Made by a program: the position numbers and the translations under genes. Below the pieces are notes generated by a model. It was not told the origin of the DNA. It saw only the letters and a program-made list of their open reading frames with translations, and made no database searches. A stretch of DNA of 64,000 nt from a bacterium (lineage in GTDB: Bacteria; Patescibacteriota; Minisyncoccia; Phycocordibacterales; UBA2100). How positions within the stretch are numbered: the first letter of the stretch is position 1; every line of letters begins with the position of its first letter. Shown in pieces: positions 38,834-48,786 of the stretch. The stretch spans positions 65,368 through 129,367 of the forward strand of contig RFQR01000002.1 of assembly GCA_009924895.1 (NCBI GenBank), in the 5' to 3' direction.

Positions 38834-40732
38834 CTAAATCGTCACAATTACTGGAATCACAATTGGTCGCTTCATGGTGCGGGCGAGGAGGAATTGTGCA
38901 ACTGCATCAGAGAGGTCATCGCGAGCGCGGTCAGCATCGACGCGAGGGTTTCGGAGCGACGCTTCGACACTCTTACGAACAATGAGTCGTGTTTGATCCA
39001 TAAGGTCTTTGTTGTCACGCAAGTACACAAAGCCGCGAGAAATGATGTCAGGAGATTTGTGCAAGCGCCCAGTGCGGCGGTCTACCGTTGCCACGACGAC
39101 ACAAAAACCGTCTTGCCCGAGCGCTTTGCGATCACGCATCAGGACTTCTGAAATTTCAGAAACGACATTTCCTTCCACAACATGCAGTGCTACCGGCGCC
39201 TTATGCTGAGTCATATGGATTTTCTGTCCGTCAACGATTTCTATAACGGCACTATTGTCAGGAATGACGATATGATTTTTGGGCATACCTAATTCATGGG
39301 CAACATTTCCGTGCTCACGGAGCATGTAGTGATAGCCGTGCACAGGAATAAAGAATTTTGGACGAACTTGTTTGTGAATCCACACTGCCTCTTCACGATT
39401 ACCGTGACCCGATGCGTGCACGTCCGATGCGTGATACGTGATTATTTTTGCCCCTTGGCGCGAAAGATTATCCTTCAACTTCTGCACTGCACGTTCGTTA
39501 CCAGGAATAACCGACGAAGAGAGCACGATCGTATCGCTCGGCTGCAAGCGGATATATTTGTGGCTCTTGTTACCGATGCGAGCGAGGGACGCGAATTCGT
39601 CACCTTGAGCGCCCGTTGCGAGAATAACTAATTTTTCGGGAGGATACTCAGGAATTGCTTCTACCGGTATCACCGTTTCATCTTTGTACTTAATCAATCC
39701 AAGTTCGCGTGCAATTTCGATGTTGGTGCGCATCGATCGGCCGTCAATAACGATTCGTTTGCCATGATCCTCAGCAAATTTCACCACACGAATGAGTCGC
39801 TCGAGGTGTGAAGCAAACATCGCGATAATAAGTCGTCCGTCAGTCTCACGAACAATCTTTTCAAGCGTTGTATATACATTTTTTTCTGGAATGGAGAAGC
39901 CGGGCTGCCAGACGTTGGTCGAATCCATAAGAAGGCAGAGCACAGTGCGGTCCTTGAAGATACCGAACTCGCGTTTTTCTTCATCAGACGGTTCGCCATC
40001 GTCGTGCGAGAGCTTGATGTCACCGGTAAAGACAACATCACCCCACGCCGTCTCAATGATGATACCCATCGAATCAGGGACGGTGTGCGTGACGCCAAAA
40101 AAGCGCACGGTGTGATTTCCTAGTTTCAATACTTCATCTCGCTCGACTTCGCGAATAGTGACAGGCGCGGTCATAGCAAATTCTTCTTGGCGTTTCTTGA
40201 TCATCATGCCCGTGAGGCGGCGCGTGTAAATCATTGGATTACCAATACGGTCGATGATGAACGGAATCCCGCCGATGTGGTCCAAGTGACCGTGTGAAAT
40301 AAGAAGTCCGCGAATACGATCTCGATTTTCTTCAAGATATCCGGTATTCGGAAGAATGTAATCAATACCGGGCGTATCGTCTTCTTTGAATTGAAATCCG
40401 CAATCGAGCACATAAATGTCGTTACCGATTTCAATTGCGGTCATGTTGCGGCCGATTTCCTCGACGCCGCCCAAAGGAATAATGCGCACGACGCCTTCGG
40501 CAACGGGTGGGACGATGACGCGGCGTTCGCCGGTCTCGCGAGCAGGCTGGTGTTCAAGATGCATTTTTCCGCGGCGCTTTGGCGGGCGCGATCCTCCCAT
40601 GGGGCGGCGGCCAGAGGGGTGAGGGCGCGCATGTCCGGCGCCGTGTGGAGAGCGCTGTGGGGGACGAGGCCCCCGTGGTCGAAACGGGCCGCGTGCAGGA
40701 CGCGGTGCATTATTATCTGATGATTGCGGCAT
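38834..40732 (-). CDS. rnj: Ribonuclease J (beta-CASP MBL RNase) with an Arg/Pro-rich N-terminal extension of about 90 aa
   Basis: MBL motif (HGHLDHIGG) and beta-CASP architecture. The N-terminus reads PRPARGPFRPRGPRPPQRSPHGAGHARPHPSGRRP. Confidence 0.9.
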   Translation of the reverse strand: MPQSSDNNAPRPARGPFRPRGPRPPQRSPHGAGHARPHPSGRRPMGGSRPPKRRGKMHLEHQPARETGERRVIVPPVAEGVVRIIPLGGVEEIGRNMTAIEIGNDIYVLDCGFQFKEDDTPGIDYILPNTGYLEENRDRIRGLLISHGHLDHIGGIPFIIDRIGNPMIYTRRLTGMMIKKRQEEFAMTAPVTIREVERDEVLKLGNHTVRFFGVTHTVPDSMGIIIETAWGDVVFTGDIKLSHDDGEPSDEEKREFGIFKDRTVLCLLMDSTNVWQPGFSIPEKNVYTTLEKIVRETDGRLIIAMFASHLERLIRVVKFAEDHGKRIVIDGRSMRTNIEIARELGLIKYKDETVIPVEAIPEYPPEKLVILATGAQGDEFASLARIGNKSHKYIRLQPSDTIVLSSSVIPGNERAVQKLKDNLSRQGAKIITYHASDVHASGHGNREEAVWIHKQVRPKFFIPVHGYHYMLREHGNVAHELGMPKNHIVIPDNSAVIEIVDGQKIHMTQHKAPVALHVVEGNVVSEISEVLMRDRKALGQDGFCVVVATVDRRTGRLHKSPDIISRGFVYLRDNKDLMDQTRLIVRKSVEASLRNPRVDADRARDDLSDAVAQFLLARTMKRPIVIPVIVTI

Positions 40733-40778
40733 AGCGTAGAAACGGTAGTTACGTAGTTATCTTACTAATGAATACTAA

Positions 40779-42563
40779 TTAAAGAGTCAAATCTTGTGCC
40801 TTGGTGAAAATCGTCCACACACGCTCGGTTGTGGTATACCACTCGTACACATTTGAGAAGCGATCCGAGGGGTCTCCGATGTGGGAGAGGCGTACGCCTT
40901 TGACATCTGTAGGTATAGCATAAGAAAACGTTGGTGCAAAGAGGAAGACAGCAGGTACTTCTTTTTGCAGAAGCGAAGCAAACGAACTGTAGAGCGCATC
41001 TCGCTCTTTTCTATTACTCGATGAGCGCGCTTTGGTAAGGAGAGAATCAGCCGTACTGTTTGCAAACAGTGAAAGATTGAGCCCAGGATCCTGGCGTTCT
41101 TTTGAATGCCAAAATGCATAGAGGTCGAGTGTTCTTCCCACGACTTCGCCAAAAAGAAGCACATCATAATTGCGTGGACGAATGACGTTCGTGTTGAATT
41201 CGGTTATGTCATGCAACCGCACTTCAGTCGGCACGCCAAGCGTGCGCCACGTTGCGGCGACAAAATCAGCGGTCTCGCGCAGTTCGGGCGTGTCCGCAGT
41301 ATCTATCGAAATCGAAAGCGTCTTTTTATTCTTACTCCACGTTTTTTCTTGATCATCAAATTTCCATCCGGCTTTTTGTAATGCTGAGTGCATCTCTTCA
41401 ATCGAGGAAGTGCTTGAGACATACGGTTGTTGGGGCACAAATGGCGTGTTGAGTGGAACTGCATATCCCTTGAGTACGGTCATGACGAGCGCTTCTTTGT
41501 CGATGACGTCGTTGAGCGCTTGCCGTACCGCGCTGTCGGCAAGAACGGGAGCGTGACTTTGGTTGAAAAAGAGACCAAAGACGCGCGGGAGCGCAGTAGT
41601 GTAGAGCGTACTTCCATTCCAGGTGCTTGAGGCGAGTGTTTGTGGGGAGAGGCCGCCAAGTGAATCAATGGTTCCCGCCGCATGCGCATTTTTCAGAGAC
41701 CGTTCGTTGTCGAAAAAGAGCGCAGTAATACTCTGAAGATACGGCGCACCCAAGGTAAATCGAGAAAATGGCTGAAGCACATACTGAGTAACTGCTCCGC
41801 TTGAGTCGGTTTCGGCAGACTTGATTTCAAAGGGACCCGAGCCTACTGGTTCAGTATTGAGGGGGCTAAATGCAAACTCGTTTGCTTTCACGCCCTCCCA
41901 GACCCTGCGCGGAATAATACCGATAGTAGTGTTTTCAAGAAATGGCGCATACGGTTTCGGAAGCGTGAAGGTGATGGTGCGAGCATTTGAGGTGACCTCA
42001 ACTCCTTCCCAGTCAGCGCGGTGCGGTGAACGAACTTCAGGATTTTTTATCATGGCGATGGTGTAGAGCACATCGTCCGGAGTCATGAGTGTCCCATCAT
42101 GAAATCGCGCATCATCGCGCAAGGTAAATGTATATGTTGTACCATCAGGCGATATTGAATAGTCAGTGGCGAGGTCAGGAATGAGCGTACCGTCAGGTGT
42201 CGCGCGCATGAGGCCCGAAAATACGAGGCGCGAGAGATCAAGATCGGTTTGAGAGATTGCAAGTACGGGGTTTACAAAACGGGGTGCACCAATGAATCCT
42301 TCGGTTATAGCGCCACCTTGTGCTGGCACCGTGACTGAAAACGCATCGTTCGTATATCCGAGTATGGCGAGTGTCGAGAGACCGAGCGCGACAGAGCACG
42401 CATACAGAATAAGGCGTTCTGCCGGTGAAAAGCGCACGAGCAAATCTTCTGCGTAGCGTAAACTGCCCGCAGGCCGCATACGCAGCAGTATCTCGCGCCA
42501 TGACGGTGGCGTTGAAGCAGGATCAGGAGATGAAGGTGTATCAAAAACAGGCATGCGGTGCAT
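40779..42563 (-). CDS. ABC transporter substrate-binding protein, family 5 (Opp/Dpp-like), orphan
   Basis: SBP_bac_5-like sequence and an N-terminal signal anchor. No permease or ATPase genes are adjacent. Confidence 0.75.
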   Translation of the reverse strand: MHRMPVFDTPSSPDPASTPPSWREILLRMRPAGSLRYAEDLLVRFSPAERLILYACSVALGLSTLAILGYTNDAFSVTVPAQGGAITEGFIGAPRFVNPVLAISQTDLDLSRLVFSGLMRATPDGTLIPDLATDYSISPDGTTYTFTLRDDARFHDGTLMTPDDVLYTIAMIKNPEVRSPHRADWEGVEVTSNARTITFTLPKPYAPFLENTTIGIIPRRVWEGVKANEFAFSPLNTEPVGSGPFEIKSAETDSSGAVTQYVLQPFSRFTLGAPYLQSITALFFDNERSLKNAHAAGTIDSLGGLSPQTLASSTWNGSTLYTTALPRVFGLFFNQSHAPVLADSAVRQALNDVIDKEALVMTVLKGYAVPLNTPFVPQQPYVSSTSSIEEMHSALQKAGWKFDDQEKTWSKNKKTLSISIDTADTPELRETADFVAATWRTLGVPTEVRLHDITEFNTNVIRPRNYDVLLFGEVVGRTLDLYAFWHSKERQDPGLNLSLFANSTADSLLTKARSSSNRKERDALYSSFASLLQKEVPAVFLFAPTFSYAIPTDVKGVRLSHIGDPSDRFSNVYEWYTTTERVWTIFTKAQDLTL

Positions 42564-42595
42564 GCAGGTTGGTGCGAGAGTCGCATCAACGTGCG

Positions 42596-42829
42596 TTATC
42601 GAATAATGAGAGTTACCAAGGCAGACAGCGCAAACAGAATGCCAAGTACAATGGTAGCGCGGAAGAGGAATCGTTCCAACCCCCTTCGGGTGTGGAAACC
42701 TGAACTAAAGTTATCAGCACCAAACGCGCCTCCCAAAGAAGCGCCCGTGCGCTGCAAAACAATAGTGACGATAATCGCGATAGAAAGCGCAAGTTGTATA
42801 TACGGAAGTACCTGAAGGAAATAGTTCAT
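42596..42829 (-). CDS. secG: Preprotein translocase subunit SecG
   Basis: Two TM helices flanking a Gly-rich loop (GASLGGAFGADNFSSGF). Confidence 0.7.
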   Translation of the reverse strand: MNYFLQVLPYIQLALSIAIIVTIVLQRTGASLGGAFGADNFSSGFHTRRGLERFLFRATIVLGILFALSALVTLIIR

Positions 42830-42906
42830 ATGGCCCGTAGTATAGCCCTAAAAAGGGGGGTTGAGTACCTTGACTTTTTAACATTTTAGAGTATAATTGT
42901 CAAATC

Positions 42907-43602
42907 ATGGATCTGCCTACCCCCGTACAAACAGTATCGAGACAGAAGCCCCCTCAGACCGTATTTTTCGCTGTCGTTGTTATCTTTTTTGTACTCGGAC
43001 TCTCCGCTGCACATTCGATTGGTTTTGTGCCGTACTATCTCGATGGCTCTGCGCCCCGCGATGGTTCGGTTGCGCTACAATCTCTCCCTGAACTAACTGA
43101 TACCGTAACTCCAGCTTCGGGTACGGAAATGAAACCAAACGTACAGAGCACAAATGAAAAACCGGTATACCCGACACGACTGCGCATCTCTGCCATCAAT
43201 CTCGACGTACCGATTGTAAATCCTGACACCCGTGACATCGCGGCTCTCGATGAGTACTTGGCAAAGGCACCGGTACGGTATGTAGACTCAGCGCGTCTTG
43301 CGGAAGATGGAAATATATTAATTTTTGGACACTCATCGCACCTCGCAGTTGTGCACAATCAGATGTACAAAGTATTCAATGGACTTCCTGAACTTTCAGC
43401 GGGGGACATGATTACGCTCACCGGAGATGGAAATGATTACCTCTACCGCATCTCAAATGTTCGCAAAACTGACGCCAATGAAGAGGTGATTGATCTTTCA
43501 AAGAAAAATGGTCGCCGTCTCACTATTTCCACCTGCGACAACTTTGGTGCAAAAACATCGCGATGGGTCGTTGAGGCTGAGTACGTAGGAATGGCACCAT
43601 AG
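42907..43602 (+). CDS. Sortase (transpeptidase)
   Basis: N-terminal TM anchor, an LRISAINLDVPIV beta-strand, His (GHSSH) and a TLxTC-like catalytic Cys (LTISTCD). A TATAAT -10 lies upstream. Confidence 0.85.
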   Translation: MDLPTPVQTVSRQKPPQTVFFAVVVIFFVLGLSAAHSIGFVPYYLDGSAPRDGSVALQSLPELTDTVTPASGTEMKPNVQSTNEKPVYPTRLRISAINLDVPIVNPDTRDIAALDEYLAKAPVRYVDSARLAEDGNILIFGHSSHLAVVHNQMYKVFNGLPELSAGDMITLTGDGNDYLYRISNVRKTDANEEVIDLSKKNGRRLTISTCDNFGAKTSRWVVEAEYVGMAP

Positions 43603-43632
43603 CAGTGATATCGCAGGCGATTTCACGACATC

Positions 43633-43664
43633 TTGACAAATTGTCAATTTTTGATATAGTCCAA
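43633..43664 (+). promoter_or_regulatory. Sigma-70-like promoter (TTGACA-N17-TATAGT) with a palindromic -35 (ttgacaaattgtcaa)
   Basis: Seen in the sequence, upstream of the 43717 ORF. Confidence 0.4.
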
Positions 43665-43716
43665 AAAGTCCTCAACCTCTCAACCAAAGCCCAATAGGGC
43701 GGAAAGGATAGATCAC

Positions 43717-43962
43717 ATGCAGTACCTTCTGGGTGCATTGGTCGCTCTTGTTGGCTCGGCACTGCTCTTCAGTGGTGTCGTGCAAGTGACGTTTGACACG
43801 GCGAGAATTCGAAATCTCGCTCCGGCAAACGCCGCGCCCGTCGCGACTGAGAGGGTCACGATGGATTCCTGCACGCATGCCGGCAAAACCGGCGTCTACG
43901 TGTTCAAGCCCCGCGCAGGCGGCGGTGAGGACCGGTTCTGCCGTGTTCCAAATCCGAAGTGA
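43717..43962 (+). CDS. Small secreted protein (signal peptide, 2 Cys)
   Basis: Signal peptide (MQYLLGALVALVGSALLFSG). Promoter upstream and terminator downstream. Confidence 0.45.
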   Translation: MQYLLGALVALVGSALLFSGVVQVTFDTARIRNLAPANAAPVATERVTMDSCTHAGKTGVYVFKPRAGGGEDRFCRVPNPK

Positions 43963-43973
43963 GCGCGGCCTAT

Positions 43974-44012
43974 GGAAATGAGGTGGTGCAGCACCTCATT
44001 TCCAAACTTTTT
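43974..44012 (+). terminator. Strong terminator (ggaaatgaggtg gtgcag cacctcatttcc + T-run)
   Basis: 12-bp perfect stem. Confidence 0.7.
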
Positions 44013-44019
44013 AATTCTT

Positions 44020-45051
44020 ATGAAGAACGAAAAGAACATTATACTTTTGATACTTGGCATGGCTCTCGTGCCGCTTTTTGTTTTTGCACAAGAATACACG
44101 GATTACCCAGCTCCGTATACTGATTATCCTGCAAGTAATGACAGCTCTGCCACCTATACTGATTACCCAGCACCCTATACAGACAATCCAGCACCTTATA
44201 CTGACTATACAACAAACAACGACGTTCCGGCTCAGTACACCGACTACCCAGCGCCTTATACTGACCATGCTGCAAACAACGACGTTCTTGCGTCTTATAC
44301 GGATTACCCAGCTCCGTATACTGATTATCCTGTGTCAGGCTACACGGATTACCCGGCTCTCTATACTGACCATGGCACGTCGGGTTACACCGATTACCCG
44401 GCACCTTATGGTGATGTGAGCGTGCGCAACTACCAAGGTCAGACCGATTATTATCCATACTACGGTGGAACCGGTTACAGTGGGGTGGGTGGTTATTCAG
44501 GCCATTCCTATTATTCTTCAGGCGGATCTATTGGAGGATACTCGCGCGGTATTTCAGGTGGCGGAATGATCGGTGGATACGGCGGTACTTACGGTGGTGG
44601 TTATACCGTTGGTGAGGGGTATACAGGTGGCGGTGGCCGCTGTATTGCAAACTGTCAACCGCCACGTTCAGGCACTGGTGTTGGCTTTGATTATGCACCG
44701 TATCACACCGGATATACCTCATATGGTTCTGGCGTCGGATATAGCGCATCAGTGGGTTCGGTATATGCGCCCTATACCTCAGGCACAATGAACTACGTTG
44801 CTTCGGTCAATGCACCGTCTGTCCCATCGACCTATTCAGCGACGGCGTATACTAGTGATTACAGTGAATTCGAATACGGTAATCAGGGGGAAAGACATGG
44901 TGGCCAGTACTTATCTCTTTCGCAGATTCCCTACACGGGTATCGATGTTGACCCCGTAGTACAAGGCGTGATCTTGGTCGCCTGGTTTGCAATTGTGCTC
45001 GTAGTTTTGATTCGCGCGATGCTTAAATACGCTGAGAGTGCGTATCAGTAG
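44020..45051 (+). CDS. Repetitive Tyr/Gly-rich cell-surface protein with a C-terminal sortase-type sorting signal
   Basis: Signal peptide, seven or more 'YTDYPAPYTD' repeats, a G/Y/S-rich region, then LSQIPYTG + TM helix + basic tail (RAMLKYAESAYQ). The start is placed after the upstream terminator. Confidence 0.65.
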   Translation: MKNEKNIILLILGMALVPLFVFAQEYTDYPAPYTDYPASNDSSATYTDYPAPYTDNPAPYTDYTTNNDVPAQYTDYPAPYTDHAANNDVLASYTDYPAPYTDYPVSGYTDYPALYTDHGTSGYTDYPAPYGDVSVRNYQGQTDYYPYYGGTGYSGVGGYSGHSYYSSGGSIGGYSRGISGGGMIGGYGGTYGGGYTVGEGYTGGGGRCIANCQPPRSGTGVGFDYAPYHTGYTSYGSGVGYSASVGSVYAPYTSGTMNYVASVNAPSVPSTYSATAYTSDYSEFEYGNQGERHGGQYLSLSQIPYTGIDVDPVVQGVILVAWFAIVLVVLIRAMLKYAESAYQ

Positions 45052-45113
45052 TACTACTCTGAATACACAGGAGGGCTTAGGGAAAAAGAAAATGGCTGGT
45101 ATACTAATCCATA

Positions 45114-46130
45114 ATGGATGAGTCACTTGCTAAACCCAAGAAAAATGGGAAGCAAAACGAAAGATTGCGGCCTATAAACCGTGGTTTGAGAAATGCCTTG
45201 GCAGCTCTCGTGACGCTCGTACCCACTGTAGTTGATGCACAGCAGCCATCTCAAAATACTCGTGATTTAACACGAAGACATGCTGCTCCAGGTATCGATA
45301 GGCCATTAACCCTCCAAAAGCCACTGTCCGGCCCGGATACTCTCAGTTTGCAAGAACTAGTAGCAAATGATCGCTTCTATTCCTACGATACCGTGCATTC
45401 TAAAGAGTGGATAAGATTTCTCGGGCCTTTTTTTGCACCATCTTCTGGTGGTGGCGGTGACGTGAGTAAATGGCCCGCTGTGCCCGTCAATGCCCCGAGA
45501 ATCGATGGGAACGGTTATCAGTATTTGAATGTAATTCCACGCCCTGGCGGTAATGTTCTGAGTACGGCTACTGCGTTTATGTCCACCATCGGCCAGGATT
45601 TGCAAAATGGATTTTTAGAGCAAGGTATTAATATAACTGAAAAACCTGCACCGTTAACGCCGCCTTTCGATGCTGCCCCTAAGTTGGAACGAAAGCATAT
45701 TGCACGCTCGGGGGATGTGGTGCCAGTCACGACGTTAGGGTATCGGTTTAATCCTGAAAATGGTAAATGGGTTCCGGATGCGCATTATGGTATTGCCCGA
45801 CGTCTTGGTGCAAACACCAGACTTTATAATACAGTTCGTGACAGTATTGTTCTTTCTGCAAAGATGGAAGACCCTGCAAAAATAAAAATGTTAGAGCAAT
45901 TTCTTAAAATGAGTTACGTGATGAGGGTTGATGCGTCACCAGATCAGGCGGTCCAGGATTTAGTTGCAACCGGTGCGCCAGTTATTACAACTGAGAAAGC
46001 GAATCTTCCCAACCCACAAGCAACCTTTGGCTGGTTTGGGGTGGCAAATCAGAAAATTCAGGTCGGAAAGCATACTTTTTTGCTCATACAAGGACCCGAG
46101 GTTCTCAAAAGGTCAGTTATTGAGTGGTAG
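45114..46130 (+). CDS. Hypothetical (probably exported) protein
   Basis: ORF with a hydrophobic segment after a basic N-terminus. Confidence 0.45.
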   Translation: MDESLAKPKKNGKQNERLRPINRGLRNALAALVTLVPTVVDAQQPSQNTRDLTRRHAAPGIDRPLTLQKPLSGPDTLSLQELVANDRFYSYDTVHSKEWIRFLGPFFAPSSGGGGDVSKWPAVPVNAPRIDGNGYQYLNVIPRPGGNVLSTATAFMSTIGQDLQNGFLEQGINITEKPAPLTPPFDAAPKLERKHIARSGDVVPVTTLGYRFNPENGKWVPDAHYGIARRLGANTRLYNTVRDSIVLSAKMEDPAKIKMLEQFLKMSYVMRVDASPDQAVQDLVATGAPVITTEKANLPNPQATFGWFGVANQKIQVGKHTFLLIQGPEVLKRSVIEW

Positions 46131-46291
46131 GGAGGAGGTATTGACTTTTAATTAATTATGTGCTAACATTTTATTAGAGGCGAAATCCTCCTGGTCTTTT
46201 ACAGCACTATGAACTGGATCACTTTTTGAACATAAGTGAAGGTGTGTGCAAAACGTGACCCAGTTCACCAACCGGCAACCCAGGAGATCTA

Positions 46292-46543
46292 ATGGTCCGG
46301 CTGTTCGCTAGCATCGCACTGCTCGCAACCGTGTGCGTAAACACGGTCAATGCAACTGCGTCAGCTGTCAGCTGCCCGGAAAGGCATGTCTGCATCGGCG
46401 ACAAAGCGCTTCCCATGCGGACCCCGAGAGAGGTTCGTACTTTGCAGAACACCGACAAGATGAAATGCACTGGGCGGTGGAAGGAGCGAGTGCTCAACCT
46501 GCCGGGTGGCCTCAAGCGTCACCAGGGGCGCTGCGTTCACTAA
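46292..46543 (+). CDS. Small Cys-rich secreted protein (6 Cys)
   Basis: AGGAG ribosome-binding site, signal peptide (MVRLFASIALLATVCVNTVNA) and a hairpin terminator downstream. Confidence 0.45.
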   Translation: MVRLFASIALLATVCVNTVNATASAVSCPERHVCIGDKALPMRTPREVRTLQNTDKMKCTGRWKERVLNLPGGLKRHQGRCVH

Positions 46544-46683
46544 CGCGGCTGCATTGCGGCGCGAGGCGTCCTTCTCCGGACGCCTCGTGCTGAACTTCTT
46601 GAACACAAACTTGACATTTTATCAAAATTAGTGTAGGTTACTGCATTATTCACTCATTACCACTGTTCGCACCACTTAATTTT

Positions 46684-48569
46684 ATGAACACAAAAAACAT
46701 TGCTTCTGTGCTTGTTCTCTCTCTCATTCTTTTTGGGGGCTTTTTTGTTGCTACTACTCACGCACAGGAGGACGGTGGTTGGACTGACTACGGTGTGACA
46801 GATTTTGACGGAGGATATGACGGCGTCGACTGGGGTACTATTTCACGCGGCTCGCTAAAAGATTCAACAGGTTGGACCGATTACGGTGTTACTGGCGGCA
46901 TTGGTTGGACAGATTATGGAGTGACTGGAGATACCAGTTGGACTGACTATGGTGTTACTGGCGATACCGTTTGGACATTGGTTGGACAGATTATGGAGTG
47001 ACTGGAGATACCAGTTGGACTGACTATGGTGTTACTGGCGATACCGTTTGGACCGACTACGGTGTTACTGACGGCACTGGTTGGAAAGATTATGGAGTGA
47101 GTGGTGGTTATTCAACCCCCGCATATTCATCCGGCTATTCATATGGCGGTGGTTACTCTACCGGCGGTAGTTACAGCACGGGTCGCTCTTCAGGTGTCGG
47201 CTACACTGGCGGTGTTGGATACACCGGTGGTGTTGGCTACACAGGAGGAGTTGGCTACAACGGCGGTGTTGGATACACGGGTGGTGTCGGTTACAGCGGC
47301 GGTGTTGGATACACTGGCGGCGTAACATACTCTCCCGTTACCTACGTTACTCCACAGCCTCCCGTCGTCTACCCTCCAAATCCTCAGCCTCCTGTTGTTC
47401 GTCCTGCTCCTTCATGCCAAATCTACCAAGCACTTGCGAGCGGTAACAACAGCACCTTCCTCTCATGGTCGTCACAGAATGCGGTATCAGCAACTCTTAC
47501 CAACGTTGGTCAGGTGCCAGTAAACGGTTCACGAACGGTCTATGGTGCAGGTACCTATGTTCTCACGGTAAACAACGGCTACGGTCAGAATGCAAACTGT
47601 CAGGTTGTAGTACAGCCAGTCATTATTCCACCTCCTCCGGTTCCATACCCATACCCTCAACCTCAGCCTGCTCCGTACTGCTCGATTACCGTAAACTCTA
47701 CTGGCTATAATCAAGCAACACTCTCGTGGACGGCAAGTAATGCAACCTACGCATCAATCAATTCGATTGGTACTGTTCCAACCTTCGGTACGCGAGTAGT
47801 CTCTCCAAACGGCCCCATGACATACATCATGACCGTCTCCGGTCCCGGCGGCTCTAACACCTGTCAGACGACGTATAACAATCCCGTTATCTATCCTCCT
47901 GTTCTTCCTCCGCTTCCACCGGTCTATCCTCAAAACGGGTACTGTACGATTACCGCTGATCGCACCTCATTCCCTGACGGTACGGGTACGTACCTCCGCT
48001 GGAGTTCAAACGGTGCTCGAGCATTCCTCTCAGATGGCATCGGCTCGGTTGCGGCAAACGGTTCGCTCTTCGTCAATCCTGAAAGTTCTCGTACCTATAC
48101 GCTTACGGTGTACGGTCCTAACCCAGCAACTTGTGAAGTGTCAGTGCAGGTAGTTGGTCGCTCGCAGTATGTAGCTCTCTCGCAGATCCCGTACACAGGA
48201 TTCGACTACGGCCCTATCGGCAATGCGCTCTTCTGGCTCGGCCTCGTGCTCTTTGCGCTCGCTGCTGCATACCTCACAGTCTACAGTGGAGCGTTCAACC
48301 TCGCATTCGGATCAATTCAGATGCCTCGAGTTGCTCTTCCAAAGATGACCGCTCCTATGAAGCGCGCACACACAGCACCGGTGATTCTTGAAGAGAAAAT
48401 TGTTGCTCACGCAGCAAAAGCAGTAGCAGCACCCGCTGTTGTTGCCGAGGCTCCGAAAGTAGAAATTAACTTCTTGCCGACGATGCAGAGTGCTCCAGTT
48501 CGAGCAACTAAAGACACAATGACGATTGCTGAAGGTAGTGTTCCACGAATCATCATCAGTCGTTCATAA
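46684..48569 (+). pseudogene. Large repetitive surface protein (GWTDYGVTG repeats, three Cys-bracketed Ig-like modules, LSQIPYTG sorting signal) split into two ORFs by a +2 frameshift from a 77-bp tandem duplication
   Basis: ORFs 46684-47001 (signal peptide plus repeats) and 46971-48569 encode the same repeat peptide in different frames. Deleting one 77-bp copy restores a single frame. Confidence 0.55.
46900..47053 (+). repeat. Perfect 2 x 77-bp tandem duplication inside the surface-protein gene
   Basis: Copy 1 at 46900-46976 and copy 2 at 46977-47053 are identical on inspection. Confidence 0.85.
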
Positions 48570-48786
48570 AAGAGTGTCGCCGCCATGCATCCGTAGCTCC
48601 GACGGTGAAAGTCAACTAAAAGCCCCCGAGAGGGGGCTTTTAGTTAGCTATTTCTTCTCGAGGTTTTTAAATCGTTCTTCAAGTTTCTCGTCGTACGAGT
48701 CAAATGCCTCTTTCATTTTCTGTACTGCGTATGAAAGGTCTTGTAAAGCCGTTTTAATTTTTTCGTATTGGTACGAATGACTCATA

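Noticed and set aside
43972-44019. Upstream in-frame start (MEMRWCSTSFPNFLILM...) for the YTDYPAPYTD protein
   Set aside because: These codons are the 12-bp-stem terminator hairpin of the preceding gene. The signal peptide begins at the Met at 44020.
46971-48569. Treating the 532-aa ORF as an independent gene with a TTG start
   Set aside because: It lacks a signal peptide and ribosome-binding site and re-encodes the repeat peptide of the upstream ORF. A single gene split by the 77-bp duplication explains it better.
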